Shown: in pieces, positions 25,490-34,319 of the stretch | Layout of the letters: each line of letters begins with the position of its first letter | How positions within the stretch are numbered: the first letter of the stretch is position 1 | Assembly: GCA_903857795.1 (NCBI GenBank) | Contig: CAIOGM010000129.1 | Span: 3,553 to 67,552, forward strand | DNA from: an uncultured Geobacter sp. | GTDB lineage: Bacteria; Desulfobacterota; Desulfuromonadia; Geobacterales; CAIOGM01 | DNA: 64,000 nt | Direction: 5' to 3' | Position numbers and translations under genes: made by a program | Notes under the pieces: model-generated | Seen by the model: only the letters and a program-made list of their open reading frames with translations | Database searches by the model: none | What the model was told of the DNA's origin: nothing

Positions 25490-26850
25490 GACATTCTGGC
25501 GAGAAGGTATGCCGTCACCGGCGCCAGGAAAACCCCTGCCGTTATCCTGGAATCTTCGCGCCACTCCCCCAGGATGAAAAAAGGGATCTGCACCTGGTAG
25601 GTGAGGAGCACCCCCCAGCAGAGGATTATTCCGGCCGGAGCGGGACAAAACGGCAAAAAGGGGGCCAGGCTGAGTGCATACCAGGGATGCAGGGTAGGGG
25701 TGAGGAGCAGGAAGCCCATGGCCAGGAGATAGCAGGCCTCCACCCCGTGACGGCTCCTGGCTGCGGGGGAGAGCTCCGTCCTGAGACGCCTGGAGAGGGT
25801 GCGGAGGGTCGTGAGGAGCAGCACGAGGAGAGAGCCGGCCAGGATCACGCGGGCAACGGTTCCTGAACCGGTGACTGCGCGCAGCGCGGTGAAGAGGGCC
25901 CCGGCGAATTCCCAATTCAGGGCGTAGGCATGGAGGCTTCCCCTGATGTTGGCCAGCTGAGGGGAAAAGGGGAGGAGGAGCGCCGCCATTCCCCCCAGAA
26001 AGCCGGTAACCAGGGAGGCGCGGCGGGAAGCCGGGGTGAGGAGATAGAAGAGCGGGGCCAGGAGCAGCGGAAAGAGCTTCACCAGGCAGGCCGCCGCCAA
26101 GAGTACCCCGGAGAGGAAAAACGGTCGGCACCGGGGAGCGGCTTCTCCGTCCCTGCAGCCGAGGAGCAGCAGACAGAGGGCGCCCATGAGGAGCGTGGCG
26201 CCGGCGCCGTCCAGATGTCCCGACCCGGCGATCTCCAGAAGCGGCAGGGGGTTCCACGCATAGAGGATGACCCGCCCTACGGGGAGTCCCAAGAGCCGCA
26301 GCAGCTGCATCAGAAGGACGCACAACCCCAGGTCGACAGCCACCAGGAGCGCCTTGAACGCCGTTACGCTGCCGCCTACCGCCCCCACTGCGGCAGTCAG
26401 CTGGGCCGTGGGGGGGTAGATGGTCACATATTCGGGATGATTGATCCGGCTATGGATCGCCCGGAGTTCGGGGGAGGGGGTCACGGAGGAGGGGGCCGAC
26501 GCGTAGGGGTTGATCCCTTTGAGCAGGTTGCCGCCGTCCCAGAGGTGACGATAGATATCGTCGGAGAGTTGCGGCGGGTGGAACAGGAAGAGGAGGCGCA
26601 AGGTGAGGGCGACCCCGAGGATGACTGATGGGGGCCAGAGCTGCTTTGTCTGTTCTCCCGAGTAGAGCGCAAGGGCCAGGAGCGCCATCATGAACGCCGT
26701 GATCCCCACCAGAAGTGGAATCGCCAGCCGCAACTCCGGCTGAACCGCCAGCAGGAGCGCGGAGCAGAGCAGCAGGAGCGGCACGGCAGATCGGGTGAAT
26801 TTCTCCAGGCGCCGCTGGCGCCCGGTGGTTGCCGGGCGTCGCCTGGTCAA
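25345..26850 (-). CDS. polytopic membrane glycosyltransferase, DUF2029/GT87-like (GT-C fold)
   Basis: 501 aa with more than 10 TM segments and an SDDIYRHLWDG motif after the first TM region, typical of this family. The last 145 nt overlap the convergent GT2 gene. Confidence 0.6.
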   Translation of the reverse strand: MTRRRPATTGRQRRLEKFTRSAVPLLLLCSALLLAVQPELRLAIPLLVGITAFMMALLALALYSGEQTKQLWPPSVILGVALTLRLLFLFHPPQLSDDIYRHLWDGGNLLKGINPYASAPSSVTPSPELRAIHSRINHPEYVTIYPPTAQLTAAVGAVGGSVTAFKALLVAVDLGLCVLLMQLLRLLGLPVGRVILYAWNPLPLLEIAGSGHLDGAGATLLMGALCLLLLGCRDGEAAPRCRPFFLSGVLLAAACLVKLFPLLLAPLFYLLTPASRRASLVTGFLGGMAALLLPFSPQLANIRGSLHAYALNWEFAGALFTALRAVTGSGTVARVILAGSLLVLLLTTLRTLSRRLRTELSPAARSRHGVEACYLLAMGFLLLTPTLHPWYALSLAPFLPFCPAPAGIILCWGVLLTYQVQIPFFILGEWREDSRITAGVFLAPVTAYLLARMSQWWTAFSGIDSPRSLTSTRAKPQGKRRNSGRANQLSRRQAKRSGSRE

Positions 26851-27689
26851 GGGGAGGGGGTCTGATAGAAGAGGGCGAAGGAGTAGGTCGCTCCTGCCGC
26901 CGTGTTCTGCCCGTAGAGCGCGGGGCCATAGGTCAGCTCAACCCCCCATGAGGGGGTGATCTTGTAGCCGACCGTGACCTCCAGTTTCCCCAGGTCGTAG
27001 TTGTTGGTGGTGGTGGGGTTGCCGCTGTAATCGAACCTGGCCCCGTTATCCATGCTCATGGTACCGTCGAGTTTGAGCCTGGTGTAGAGGCTCTTGGTGA
27101 TGTCGCTGCCGAACTCCACCAGATACTTGAACTCGTCGGCCGGCCCTCCCGCCCGGTACCGGTAGCCCAACTCCAGGTTGACGTAGCCGGGGAGGTAGCG
27201 CCAGAGGGAGCAGCCGTAGAGGAGCTTCCCCTCATAGTCCCCCTGGCCGTTGCCCAGGGGGAGGCGGGCGTTGCTGTCGTACGCCCAGGGAATCTTGATC
27301 AGTGCCTGGGTGGAGAGGAGCCCCCATCCCCCTTCCGTCAGCTTGTAGCGGGCCGCCAGGTCGATATCGCCGACTCCGGTGGTGGTATTGGCTTCGGTGG
27401 TGGAGGAGTTATTGATGACCTTGAAGGGGATGGAGTTGATCAGGGTCAGCTCTCTGGTCAGGCCGTATTCGATGTAGTTGGTCAGGTTGAAGTCCCGAAA
27501 AGTCCCGTTGCCGGGCATCTCCGCCCGGTTGCCGTTCCTGTCGAAATTTTTGCTGGCGTAGTAGATGTTGACGCCGAGTTTGTCGTAGATCCCGTTTTCC
27601 GGCTGAGTCCAGGCGCCGGCCAGGCAGGAGGTGGCGCCTGCCGTCATCAGCAGGGCGGTTGCGAATAGTGAGCGAACAGTTTTTGTCAT
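26847..27689 (-). CDS. outer-membrane beta-barrel protein (MetA-pathway/transporter-like)
   Basis: Signal peptide (ALLMTAGATSCLAGA), alternating beta-strand pattern, and C-terminal ..FALFYQTPSP. 4-nt overlap with the downstream GT87-like gene. Confidence 0.6.
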   Translation of the reverse strand: MTKTVRSLFATALLMTAGATSCLAGAWTQPENGIYDKLGVNIYYASKNFDRNGNRAEMPGNGTFRDFNLTNYIEYGLTRELTLINSIPFKVINNSSTTEANTTTGVGDIDLAARYKLTEGGWGLLSTQALIKIPWAYDSNARLPLGNGQGDYEGKLLYGCSLWRYLPGYVNLELGYRYRAGGPADEFKYLVEFGSDITKSLYTRLKLDGTMSMDNGARFDYSGNPTTTNNYDLGKLEVTVGYKITPSWGVELTYGPALYGQNTAAGATYSFALFYQTPSP

Positions 27690-27704
27690 GGTAAACCTCT
27701 TGAA

Positions 27705-27875
27705 AAGATGCGTCCCCGCGCCGGAGCGTGGGGACGATGAAAAGGATGAAAACCCTGCGTTACCCCCTCACCCGGCCTTCGGCCACCCTCTCCCGGTGGG
27801 CGAGGGGATGATTTAATCCTTCTCCCCGGGGGAGAAGGTGCCCCGCAGGGGCGGATGAGGGGGAGAATGTGAACG
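27705..27875. repeat. composite REP region
   Basis: Palindromes CGTCCCCGCGCCGGAGCGTGGGGACG and CCTTCTCCCCGGGGGAGAAGG, plus CCCCCTCA ... TGAGGGGG arms. Confidence 0.6.
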
Positions 27876-27900
27876 TGTAAGAACCTAACGTGCCTGCCTG

Positions 27901-29844
27901 CTACAGCCCGGTGGCGAACGGTCTCCCCGACAGACCTTGTCGCCAGCCGTCGGTGCTCCCCGGGATGGCGGGATCTTTCAGATACGCCGCATCCTGGGTA
28001 TAGCTGGTGCTCCACTCGGACCAGCCGTTGGAGTAGTTGCGGATATTTGTGTAACCCATTAGAAAGCCGTAGAAATAGGCCAGGCTGGAGCGATAGCCGC
28101 CGCCGCAGTAGAAGAGCGCTTCCTTGTCCAGCAGGGTCGGGGACGCTGTCGAGTTGACGCCGAGAGTGTTCCAGAGCTCCCTGATCTCCGCGTAGCTCCG
28201 GAGGGTGCCGTTGCTGTTGCGATAGTTGAGGGAGGCGTCGTCGGCGTCGTAGGCCCAGAGCGCTCCGGGGATCCGTCCCTTGTTCACCAGGTAGCCGTAG
28301 CCGCTGATGAGCCCGAGATACTCGTCGTGGGAACGGACATCCACCAGCTGGGTGCTCCCGGAATTCGCATACTGCGCCAGGACATAGCCGGTGGTGGCGA
28401 TGCTCCCGCTGTTCATCATCCCCAGGTAGGTCGTGGGGGTGGGGTTGTTGGTGGTGCTCTCTCCCGGATACCCGTTGGCCAGCCACTGCTGGATGCCGCC
28501 GTTGAGGAAGCGGACGTCGGTGACCCCGGCATAATGCAGGATCCACCAGAGCCGGGCGGCGAAGATGGTGCTGTCGCTGTAGACCACCACCGTGGTGTCA
28601 GGGGTGATTCCCATGCTCCCCACCGCACTCTTCAGCTCGGCGTCCGGGAGGAGGAACCAGCGGGGGAATCCGTTTTCGTAGGTGTCTGAATTGGAGTGAA
28701 TGGCGCCGGGAATATGGTTTGTCAGGTACGAGTTGTCGGCCCACCCCTGCTGCATGTCGTTGATGCTCCCCCACTGGGTCTCGAAGATGAGATATTTGTG
28801 GTTTCGGTCATAGGGGTACTGAGGAGGGGGAGCGGTTGTGCTGCCAGCCTTGTGATAGTCGATGAGCGACTTGACCCACGCCGGATAGACGGAAACAGTG
28901 TAATTCGCCGCTTTTTCCATGGGATAGGTGGTGTTGTCGGCCCAGTCCCAGATGGAGGCGTCGTAGTTGGAACAGCGAGAGTACCCCATGAGCCGGAGGA
29001 GGAAATAGGTGTAGCCGCTCCTGATGCCGGCGGTGCAGTTGGCGGTCACCTCCTTCTCCTGGGTTATGCCGCGGGATTCGAGCAGGGCCTTCAGCTCCTT
29101 GTACCCCAGCGATGTCTTGTCGCTGCTGAAGAACCAGGCGTAGGGTATGTTGACCGCGCGGGAGATGTGGCCGCCGCGGGTCTCACCGTAGAGCTGCCAC
29201 CCGGTGAACTCCTCGTCGGTGCGACTGTCAACCACCGCGAAGTCCCGGTCATAGAGGCGACTGTTGATGTGGCCGGAGTCGGCCTTGACCGCGCTGTTGA
29301 TCACGGGGGTGAAGGTCGCGGCCGCCAGGGTGACCGCCGTACTCTGGGTGGGGCGATTGTCGGCGGCCCATCTGTCCCAGCCGCCGTTGAGGAGATGCAC
29401 ATCCGTGCAGCCCAGATATTCCAGCATCCAGAAGAGGCGCCCGGCAGCTCCCCAAGAGTTGGTGGTGTTGTCGTAGATGACGATCTTTTTCTCCCGGCTG
29501 ATCCCGGCGGCGCCCAGCTTGGCGGCTACGGCTGCGCTCTCTTTCAGTCCGGCCCCCTTGGTCCAGAAATCGCCGTGCTGGATGGAGATGGCCCCCGGTA
29601 TGTGGGCCGTTCCATAGTCGGCGGCGGAGCGGGCGTCGATGATCACCAGGGCGCCGGTGGCGAGGGTCGCCTGGAGCGATTCGGCCGAGACCAGCAGGTC
29701 GGCGTTGGGGAACTCCTTGGAGGCGGGGCTGAGGGTTGCCGCGCTTCCTGTCCTGTCGGTGTAACTGCTGCCGCATCCTGCCATGAGCGCCGCACCCAGC
29801 AGCAGGGTTACCGCTCTCTTCACTCCATTCCACTCTCTACCCAT
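27901..29844 (-). CDS. lipoprotein with four rhodanese domains (two tandem sulfurtransferase modules)
   Basis: Start at the ATG preceded by AAAGGAGAAGG. Lipobox LLLGAALMAGC. Catalytic loops CTAGIRS and CGGGYRS sit in domains 2 and 4; domains 1 and 3 lack the Cys. The 863-aa ORF in the track is an upstream read-through. Confidence 0.85.
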   Translation of the reverse strand: MGREWNGVKRAVTLLLGAALMAGCGSSYTDRTGSAATLSPASKEFPNADLLVSAESLQATLATGALVIIDARSAADYGTAHIPGAISIQHGDFWTKGAGLKESAAVAAKLGAAGISREKKIVIYDNTTNSWGAAGRLFWMLEYLGCTDVHLLNGGWDRWAADNRPTQSTAVTLAAATFTPVINSAVKADSGHINSRLYDRDFAVVDSRTDEEFTGWQLYGETRGGHISRAVNIPYAWFFSSDKTSLGYKELKALLESRGITQEKEVTANCTAGIRSGYTYFLLRLMGYSRCSNYDASIWDWADNTTYPMEKAANYTVSVYPAWVKSLIDYHKAGSTTAPPPQYPYDRNHKYLIFETQWGSINDMQQGWADNSYLTNHIPGAIHSNSDTYENGFPRWFLLPDAELKSAVGSMGITPDTTVVVYSDSTIFAARLWWILHYAGVTDVRFLNGGIQQWLANGYPGESTTNNPTPTTYLGMMNSGSIATTGYVLAQYANSGSTQLVDVRSHDEYLGLISGYGYLVNKGRIPGALWAYDADDASLNYRNSNGTLRSYAEIRELWNTLGVNSTASPTLLDKEALFYCGGGYRSSLAYFYGFLMGYTNIRNYSNGWSEWSTSYTQDAAYLKDPAIPGSTDGWRQGLSGRPFATGL

Positions 29845-29931
29845 GCGTCCTTCTCCTTTGAAGATGATACTGTCGCGTTTCGCCGCGATTTTCCGATGGA
29901 TTAATGAAAAAGTCAAATTGATTAAAACGAT

Positions 29932-29950
29932 GATACCGATAATATGTATC
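29932..29950. promoter_or_regulatory. candidate LysR-type operator (dyad GATAC-N9-GTATC)
   Basis: Inverted repeat GATACCGATAATATGTATC in the 129-nt divergent intergenic region. A second dyad, TTAAT-N15-ATTAA, lies just upstream. Confidence 0.3.
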
Positions 29951-29973
29951 GTGTTTACCGATGAGAGGCGGAA

Positions 29974-30885
29974 ATGAACATAAAACAGCTTGAGATCTTC
30001 GTGGCGATAGCCGACACGGGAAGTTTTTCCAAGGGGGCTGATGCGCTCTTTATCACCCAATCCACCGCCAGTCAGCATGTGGCGTCCCTGGAGGAGCTCT
30101 CCGGAGTCCGCCTGCTGGATCGGACCGGTCGTGGCGCCCTCCCCACCGAGGCGGGGAAGATCCTGCTCGGTCACGCCCGGCAGGTGCTCAAGTCGGTGAA
30201 AGAGACCGAGCAGGCGCTGCTCCGGTTCCGCCAGGCTGACGGTGTCGAACTCGCCATCGGGGGGAGCACCATTCCGGGGACCTATCTCCTCCCCAGGGTG
30301 GTTGCGGCACTCCGGAGCAGCGACCCGGGGATCAGCGTCAAGATCGAGATCGGCGACAGCAGCGAGATCCTCGGCAAGCTGTCGGATGAGAAGATCGAGA
30401 TCGGGGTCGTCGGGACGACTGCGGACGAGAGGGAGTTCACCACCGAGGCGTTGGGGCATGATCTGATCCGGCTGGTGGTGAGCAAGAGACATCCCTGGCG
30501 CCGGCGCCTTGTCGTAGCACCGGCGGAGCTGCTTGCGGAGCCGATAATCATGAGGGAGAGCGGCTCCGGCACCAGGGAGGTGGTCAACGCCGCGCTTCGG
30601 GAGCAGGGGTTCAACCCGGACGAGCTGCTGCTCTGTGCCACCATCTCGGGGAGCGAGGCGATAAAACAGGCCGTTCTGGCCGAGTGCGGCGTGGCGTTTA
30701 TCTCTGAGATGGCCGTTCGCGGAGAGCTGGAGCGGGGCGAGCTGTTCTCCATAGAGATGGCCGGCCTCGCCATAACCCGCAGCTTTTCACTGGTTCACCG
30801 GAAAGGGAGGAGTCTCTCTCCGGCGGCGGCGGCATTTTCCGTCAAGCTGCGGCAGCTCTGCGGCCAGGATTGCGTCGAGGGATAA
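29974..30885 (+). CDS. LysR family transcriptional regulator
   Basis: N-terminal wHTH (MNIKQLEIFVAIADTGSFSKGADALFITQSTASQHVASLE) and a C-terminal substrate-binding domain. Confidence 0.9.
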   Translation: MNIKQLEIFVAIADTGSFSKGADALFITQSTASQHVASLEELSGVRLLDRTGRGALPTEAGKILLGHARQVLKSVKETEQALLRFRQADGVELAIGGSTIPGTYLLPRVVAALRSSDPGISVKIEIGDSSEILGKLSDEKIEIGVVGTTADEREFTTEALGHDLIRLVVSKRHPWRRRLVVAPAELLAEPIIMRESGSGTREVVNAALREQGFNPDELLLCATISGSEAIKQAVLAECGVAFISEMAVRGELERGELFSIEMAGLAITRSFSLVHRKGRSLSPAAAAFSVKLRQLCGQDCVEG

Positions 30886-30935
30886 TGAAAGGTGCAGGGG
30901 GAGCGGGTTCGTGAGTGCGCCGCCGCGTCTTTTCT

Positions 30936-30964
30936 ATTTACAATCTCATATATATGTTTAATAA
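30936..30964 (+). promoter_or_regulatory. candidate sigma70 promoter
   Basis: TTTACA, 17 nt, AATAAT in an AT-rich stretch upstream of the 31052 CDS. Confidence 0.3.
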
Positions 30965-31051
30965 TATCTCGTACCGTAACCGGCAGGGCGTAACGGCTCT
31001 GCTGGGTATCAATACACACTACCATCTTGCACCGTACCGGGAGAATCTGAC

Positions 31052-33514
31052 ATGGCTAACTATCTGATTGTGGGGGGGGTTGCCGGCGGTATGTCCGCTG
31101 CTGCCCGCCTCAGGCGACTGGACGAAACCGCGGAAATAACCGTTCTGGAACGGGGGGGACACGTCTCCTATGCCAATTGCGGTCTTCCTTACTATATCGG
31201 CGATGTCATAACCGACCGCTCCAAGCTCCTCTTGCAGAGCCCTGAATCATTCAGGGCGCGGTTCAACGTGGATGTGCGAATTTTCCATGAGGCGATTGCC
31301 GTTTACCCCGACCGGAAGGTAGTCCGGGTGCGGGAGCTGCAATCGGGACGCGAATATGACGCATCCTACGACAAACTGCTCCTCTCTCCCGGCGGGTCGC
31401 CGGTCAAGCCGAAGATCCCCGGAGCAGAGCATCCGGCCATCCATACCCTCTGGACGATCCCGGATACCGACCAAATCCGTTCCCTGGTGGACCAGGGGGG
31501 GGTACGGACGGCGCTGGTGGTGGGGGCCGGTTTCATCGGTCTGGAGATGGCCGAGAATCTCTGCAACCGCGGTATCCGGGTGGTGGTGGTGGAGGCGGCC
31601 CGGCAGGCGATGAATGCCATCGACTTTGAAATGGCGGCCCTGGTGCATCGTGAACTCCGGAACAGAGGAGTGGAACTCTACCTGGAGGATGGTGTCGCCG
31701 CCTTTGAAAAAGGTGCGGAGTCCGGGGTCATGGCCCGCCTCACCAGCGGCAGGATGATCGCCGCCGACCTGGTGCTCCTCTCCATCGGAGTCGCGCCCAA
31801 CAGCCGTTTCCTGGAGGGCTCTGGTATCGCCCTCGGTCCGCGGGGACATATCGTGGTTGATGAGCAGCTCCGGACGAGCGCCGAGCATGTCTATGCCGCA
31901 GGGGACGCCATAGAGGTGGTCAACCCCTTCACCGGCAAGAAGACGGCGGTTCCCCTGGCCGGTCCGGCCAACAAGCAGGGGCGCATTGCCGCCGACAACA
32001 TCCATGGCGCCACGCCGCGCAGCTATGACGGCACCATGGGGACCGCCATCGCCAGGATCTTCGATCTGGATGTGGGGGTGACCGGGGCCACCGAGAAGTT
32101 CTGCCGGGCAGAGAACCTCCCCCATGATTCGGTCATCATCCACCCCAATGACCATGCCGGCTACTACCCCGGCGCCACCATGCTCTGTCTCAAGCTCCTC
32201 TTCTCGCCGCTGGACCGGCGGGTGCTGGGCGCCCAGGCCGTGGGGTACGGCGGCGTGGACAAGCGGATCGACGTCATCGCCACGGCCATCAAGGGGAAGA
32301 TGACCGTCGACGATCTCTGCGAGATCGAGCACGCCTATGCCCCCCCCTATTCGTCAGCCAAGGATCCGGTCAACATGGCCGGATTCGCCTCCCAGAACAT
32401 CCTCGACGGGCTCGTGGGGAGCATCACCTGGGAGAGGCTGCAGCAGATTCCTCAGCCGGAAGGGCTGTTGCTGGACGTCCGAACCCCCGAGGAGTATGCG
32501 GGGGGAACTATCCGTGATGCGGTCAATATCCCGGTGGACTCCCTGCGGGAACGGCTGGGGGAACTCCCCAGGGAGAGACCGATCATCATCTTCTGTCGGG
32601 TGGGATTGCGGGGGTATATTGCGGCGCGGATACTTGCAGCCAACGGTTTTAAGGAGTGTCTGAACCTCTCCGGCGGCTATGAGACCTGGCGGGTCGCAAC
32701 GGAGCCGCAGAGTCCGGAACCGGCAGCAGAGGTCTCTCCCGTTGCTGCCTCCGCCGGTACCGTCAAGGTGGAGGTAACGACGACAGCCGGGAAGATAGTG
32801 GAGGTCAACGCCTGTGGCCTGCAGTGCCCCGGGCCGGTCATCCGGCTCAAGGAGGAGATGGATCTCCTGGCCCCCGGCGAGTCACTGCGGATCAAGGCCA
32901 GCGACCCCGGTTTCTATGGCGACGCACCGGCGTGGGCGAGAACCACCGGCAACTGCGTGCGGGAGATCAAGATGGAGAAGGGGATCGTGACGGCGCTCAT
33001 CGAGAAGGGGGGGGCGACAACGCCGCCGCTGCACACTGCGGGAAACGACAAGACCATCGTCGTCTTCTCCGGCGACCTGGACAAGGTGATCGCCGGGTTC
33101 ATCATCGCCAACGGGGCGCTGGCCATGGGGCGGAAGGTGACCCTCTTCTTCACCTTCTGGGGGCTGAACGCACTGCGCAAGCAGGAAAAGGTGACGGGGC
33201 TCGGTAAGAATCTGGTGGAGGCGGCCTTCGGGATGATGATGCCCCGGGGGAGCAGGAAGCTGGCGCTCTCCACCATGAGTATGGGGGGGATCGGGGGGAA
33301 GCTGATCCGGGGGATCATGAAAAACAAGAACGTCCCGGAGTTGGAGGAGCTGATGGCCATGGCGATCAAGGGGGGAGCACACCTGGTCGCCTGTCAGATG
33401 TCCATGGAGCTGATGGGGATCCGGAGGGAGGAGCTGGTTGACGGCATCGAGATCGGCGGTGTGGCCGCCTACCTGGAGGCCTCGGAGCATGCGGACAATA
33501 ACCTGTTTATCTGA
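31052..33514 (+). CDS. CoA-disulfide/persulfide reductase-like flavoprotein fused to rhodanese, TusA-like and DsrE-like domains
   Basis: GGVAGGMSAA FAD fold and SYANCGLPYY redox Cys. Rhodanese loop CRVGLRG. TusA motif CGLQCPGPV. DsrE-like tail (VVFSGDLDKVIAGFIIANGA, VACQMS). Confidence 0.88.
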   Translation: MANYLIVGGVAGGMSAAARLRRLDETAEITVLERGGHVSYANCGLPYYIGDVITDRSKLLLQSPESFRARFNVDVRIFHEAIAVYPDRKVVRVRELQSGREYDASYDKLLLSPGGSPVKPKIPGAEHPAIHTLWTIPDTDQIRSLVDQGGVRTALVVGAGFIGLEMAENLCNRGIRVVVVEAARQAMNAIDFEMAALVHRELRNRGVELYLEDGVAAFEKGAESGVMARLTSGRMIAADLVLLSIGVAPNSRFLEGSGIALGPRGHIVVDEQLRTSAEHVYAAGDAIEVVNPFTGKKTAVPLAGPANKQGRIAADNIHGATPRSYDGTMGTAIARIFDLDVGVTGATEKFCRAENLPHDSVIIHPNDHAGYYPGATMLCLKLLFSPLDRRVLGAQAVGYGGVDKRIDVIATAIKGKMTVDDLCEIEHAYAPPYSSAKDPVNMAGFASQNILDGLVGSITWERLQQIPQPEGLLLDVRTPEEYAGGTIRDAVNIPVDSLRERLGELPRERPIIIFCRVGLRGYIAARILAANGFKECLNLSGGYETWRVATEPQSPEPAAEVSPVAASAGTVKVEVTTTAGKIVEVNACGLQCPGPVIRLKEEMDLLAPGESLRIKASDPGFYGDAPAWARTTGNCVREIKMEKGIVTALIEKGGATTPPLHTAGNDKTIVVFSGDLDKVIAGFIIANGALAMGRKVTLFFTFWGLNALRKQEKVTGLGKNLVEAAFGMMMPRGSRKLALSTMSMGGIGGKLIRGIMKNKNVPELEELMAMAIKGGAHLVACQMSMELMGIRREELVDGIEIGGVAAYLEASEHADNNLFI

Positions 33515-33553
33515 AGGAGAGTTACGAACGAACCCTCAACCGGCCATATTTCA

Positions 33554-33796
33554 TCATGCTGCCTTGAGCAGGTAAACGTGTTCTTCGGCGACCAGGCGAG
33601 AGGCGTAGAGAAGCACTGCACTGATATCTTCCGGTTCAAGATCAGGATAATCCTTCAGCAGATCACTGGTGGCGCCGCCGGCTGCAAGAAATTTTAATAC
33701 CTGCTCGGCAGTTATTCTCATGCCTCGAATGGTAGCCTTTCCACACATGATGTGCGGATCAAAGGTTATACGGTTCAGCAACTCCCGTTGATTCAT
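33554..33796 (-). CDS. DUF433 domain protein (antitoxin-like), orphan
   Basis: 80 aa; ITFDPHIMCGKATIRGMRITAEQVL is the DUF433 core. No partner ORF on either side. Confidence 0.8.
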   Translation of the reverse strand: MNQRELLNRITFDPHIMCGKATIRGMRITAEQVLKFLAAGGATSDLLKDYPDLEPEDISAVLLYASRLVAEEHVYLLKAA

Positions 33797-34319
33797 TGCG
33801 GTCTACCTCGTCTGTTCTTCCCCATGGGGGCGCCCGGAAGTGACGAGTAGTTGTCGGCCGGATCAAGGTAACATTCCGATTGCTCATGTGAGGTTTTGCT
33901 GTTACGGTGCGGAAGTCAGTTCATGAAAATTTGAAACGTGGTTGTATGGTGGGATGTCCAGTGGCGGAGCCTGATCCACGACGGCTCCCTCCGACTTGAT
34001 ACGAATGCCGGCGTTATGGATACCTTTCCGTTCGCCGGTTTTTGTTAAAAGAGCTGTGGGTGGCGCGAATTTAAAAAAGGAGTTCATCATGCAGATAGCC
34101 AATCCCATCTATGATGTGGTCCGTTTACAGTCAGCAATACTGGAACCGGAGATGAGAAAGCAGATGGAGATTGAAGATGGCATTCTTGGCGAATTTGAGA
34201 GCAGTTAATTATTGTTCTGCTCTGTGCCCGCTGTGTCTCTGTGGTGAATACTATGCCGAAATTCTGCAGTTTATTGCTATACTCCCGGGGGTGACGGAGG
34301 TTCGTCGGAGGAGATTCAG

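Noticed and set aside
29845-30492. N-terminal 215-aa extension of the rhodanese ORF (the track gives 27901-30492, 863 aa)
   Set aside because: The extension runs antisense through the LysR gene and its promoter region. A good RBS, an ATG and a lipoprotein signal peptide occur at 29844, so the CDS was shortened.
33996-34208. Small ORF with a strong RBS (AGGAG then ATG at 34089) encoding MQIANPIYDVVRLQ...
   Set aside because: Only the first ~11 residues vaguely resemble the N-terminus of a nuclease/transposase-like family I recall, and the rest has no pattern. It is too short and unsupported to call, and may be a gene remnant.
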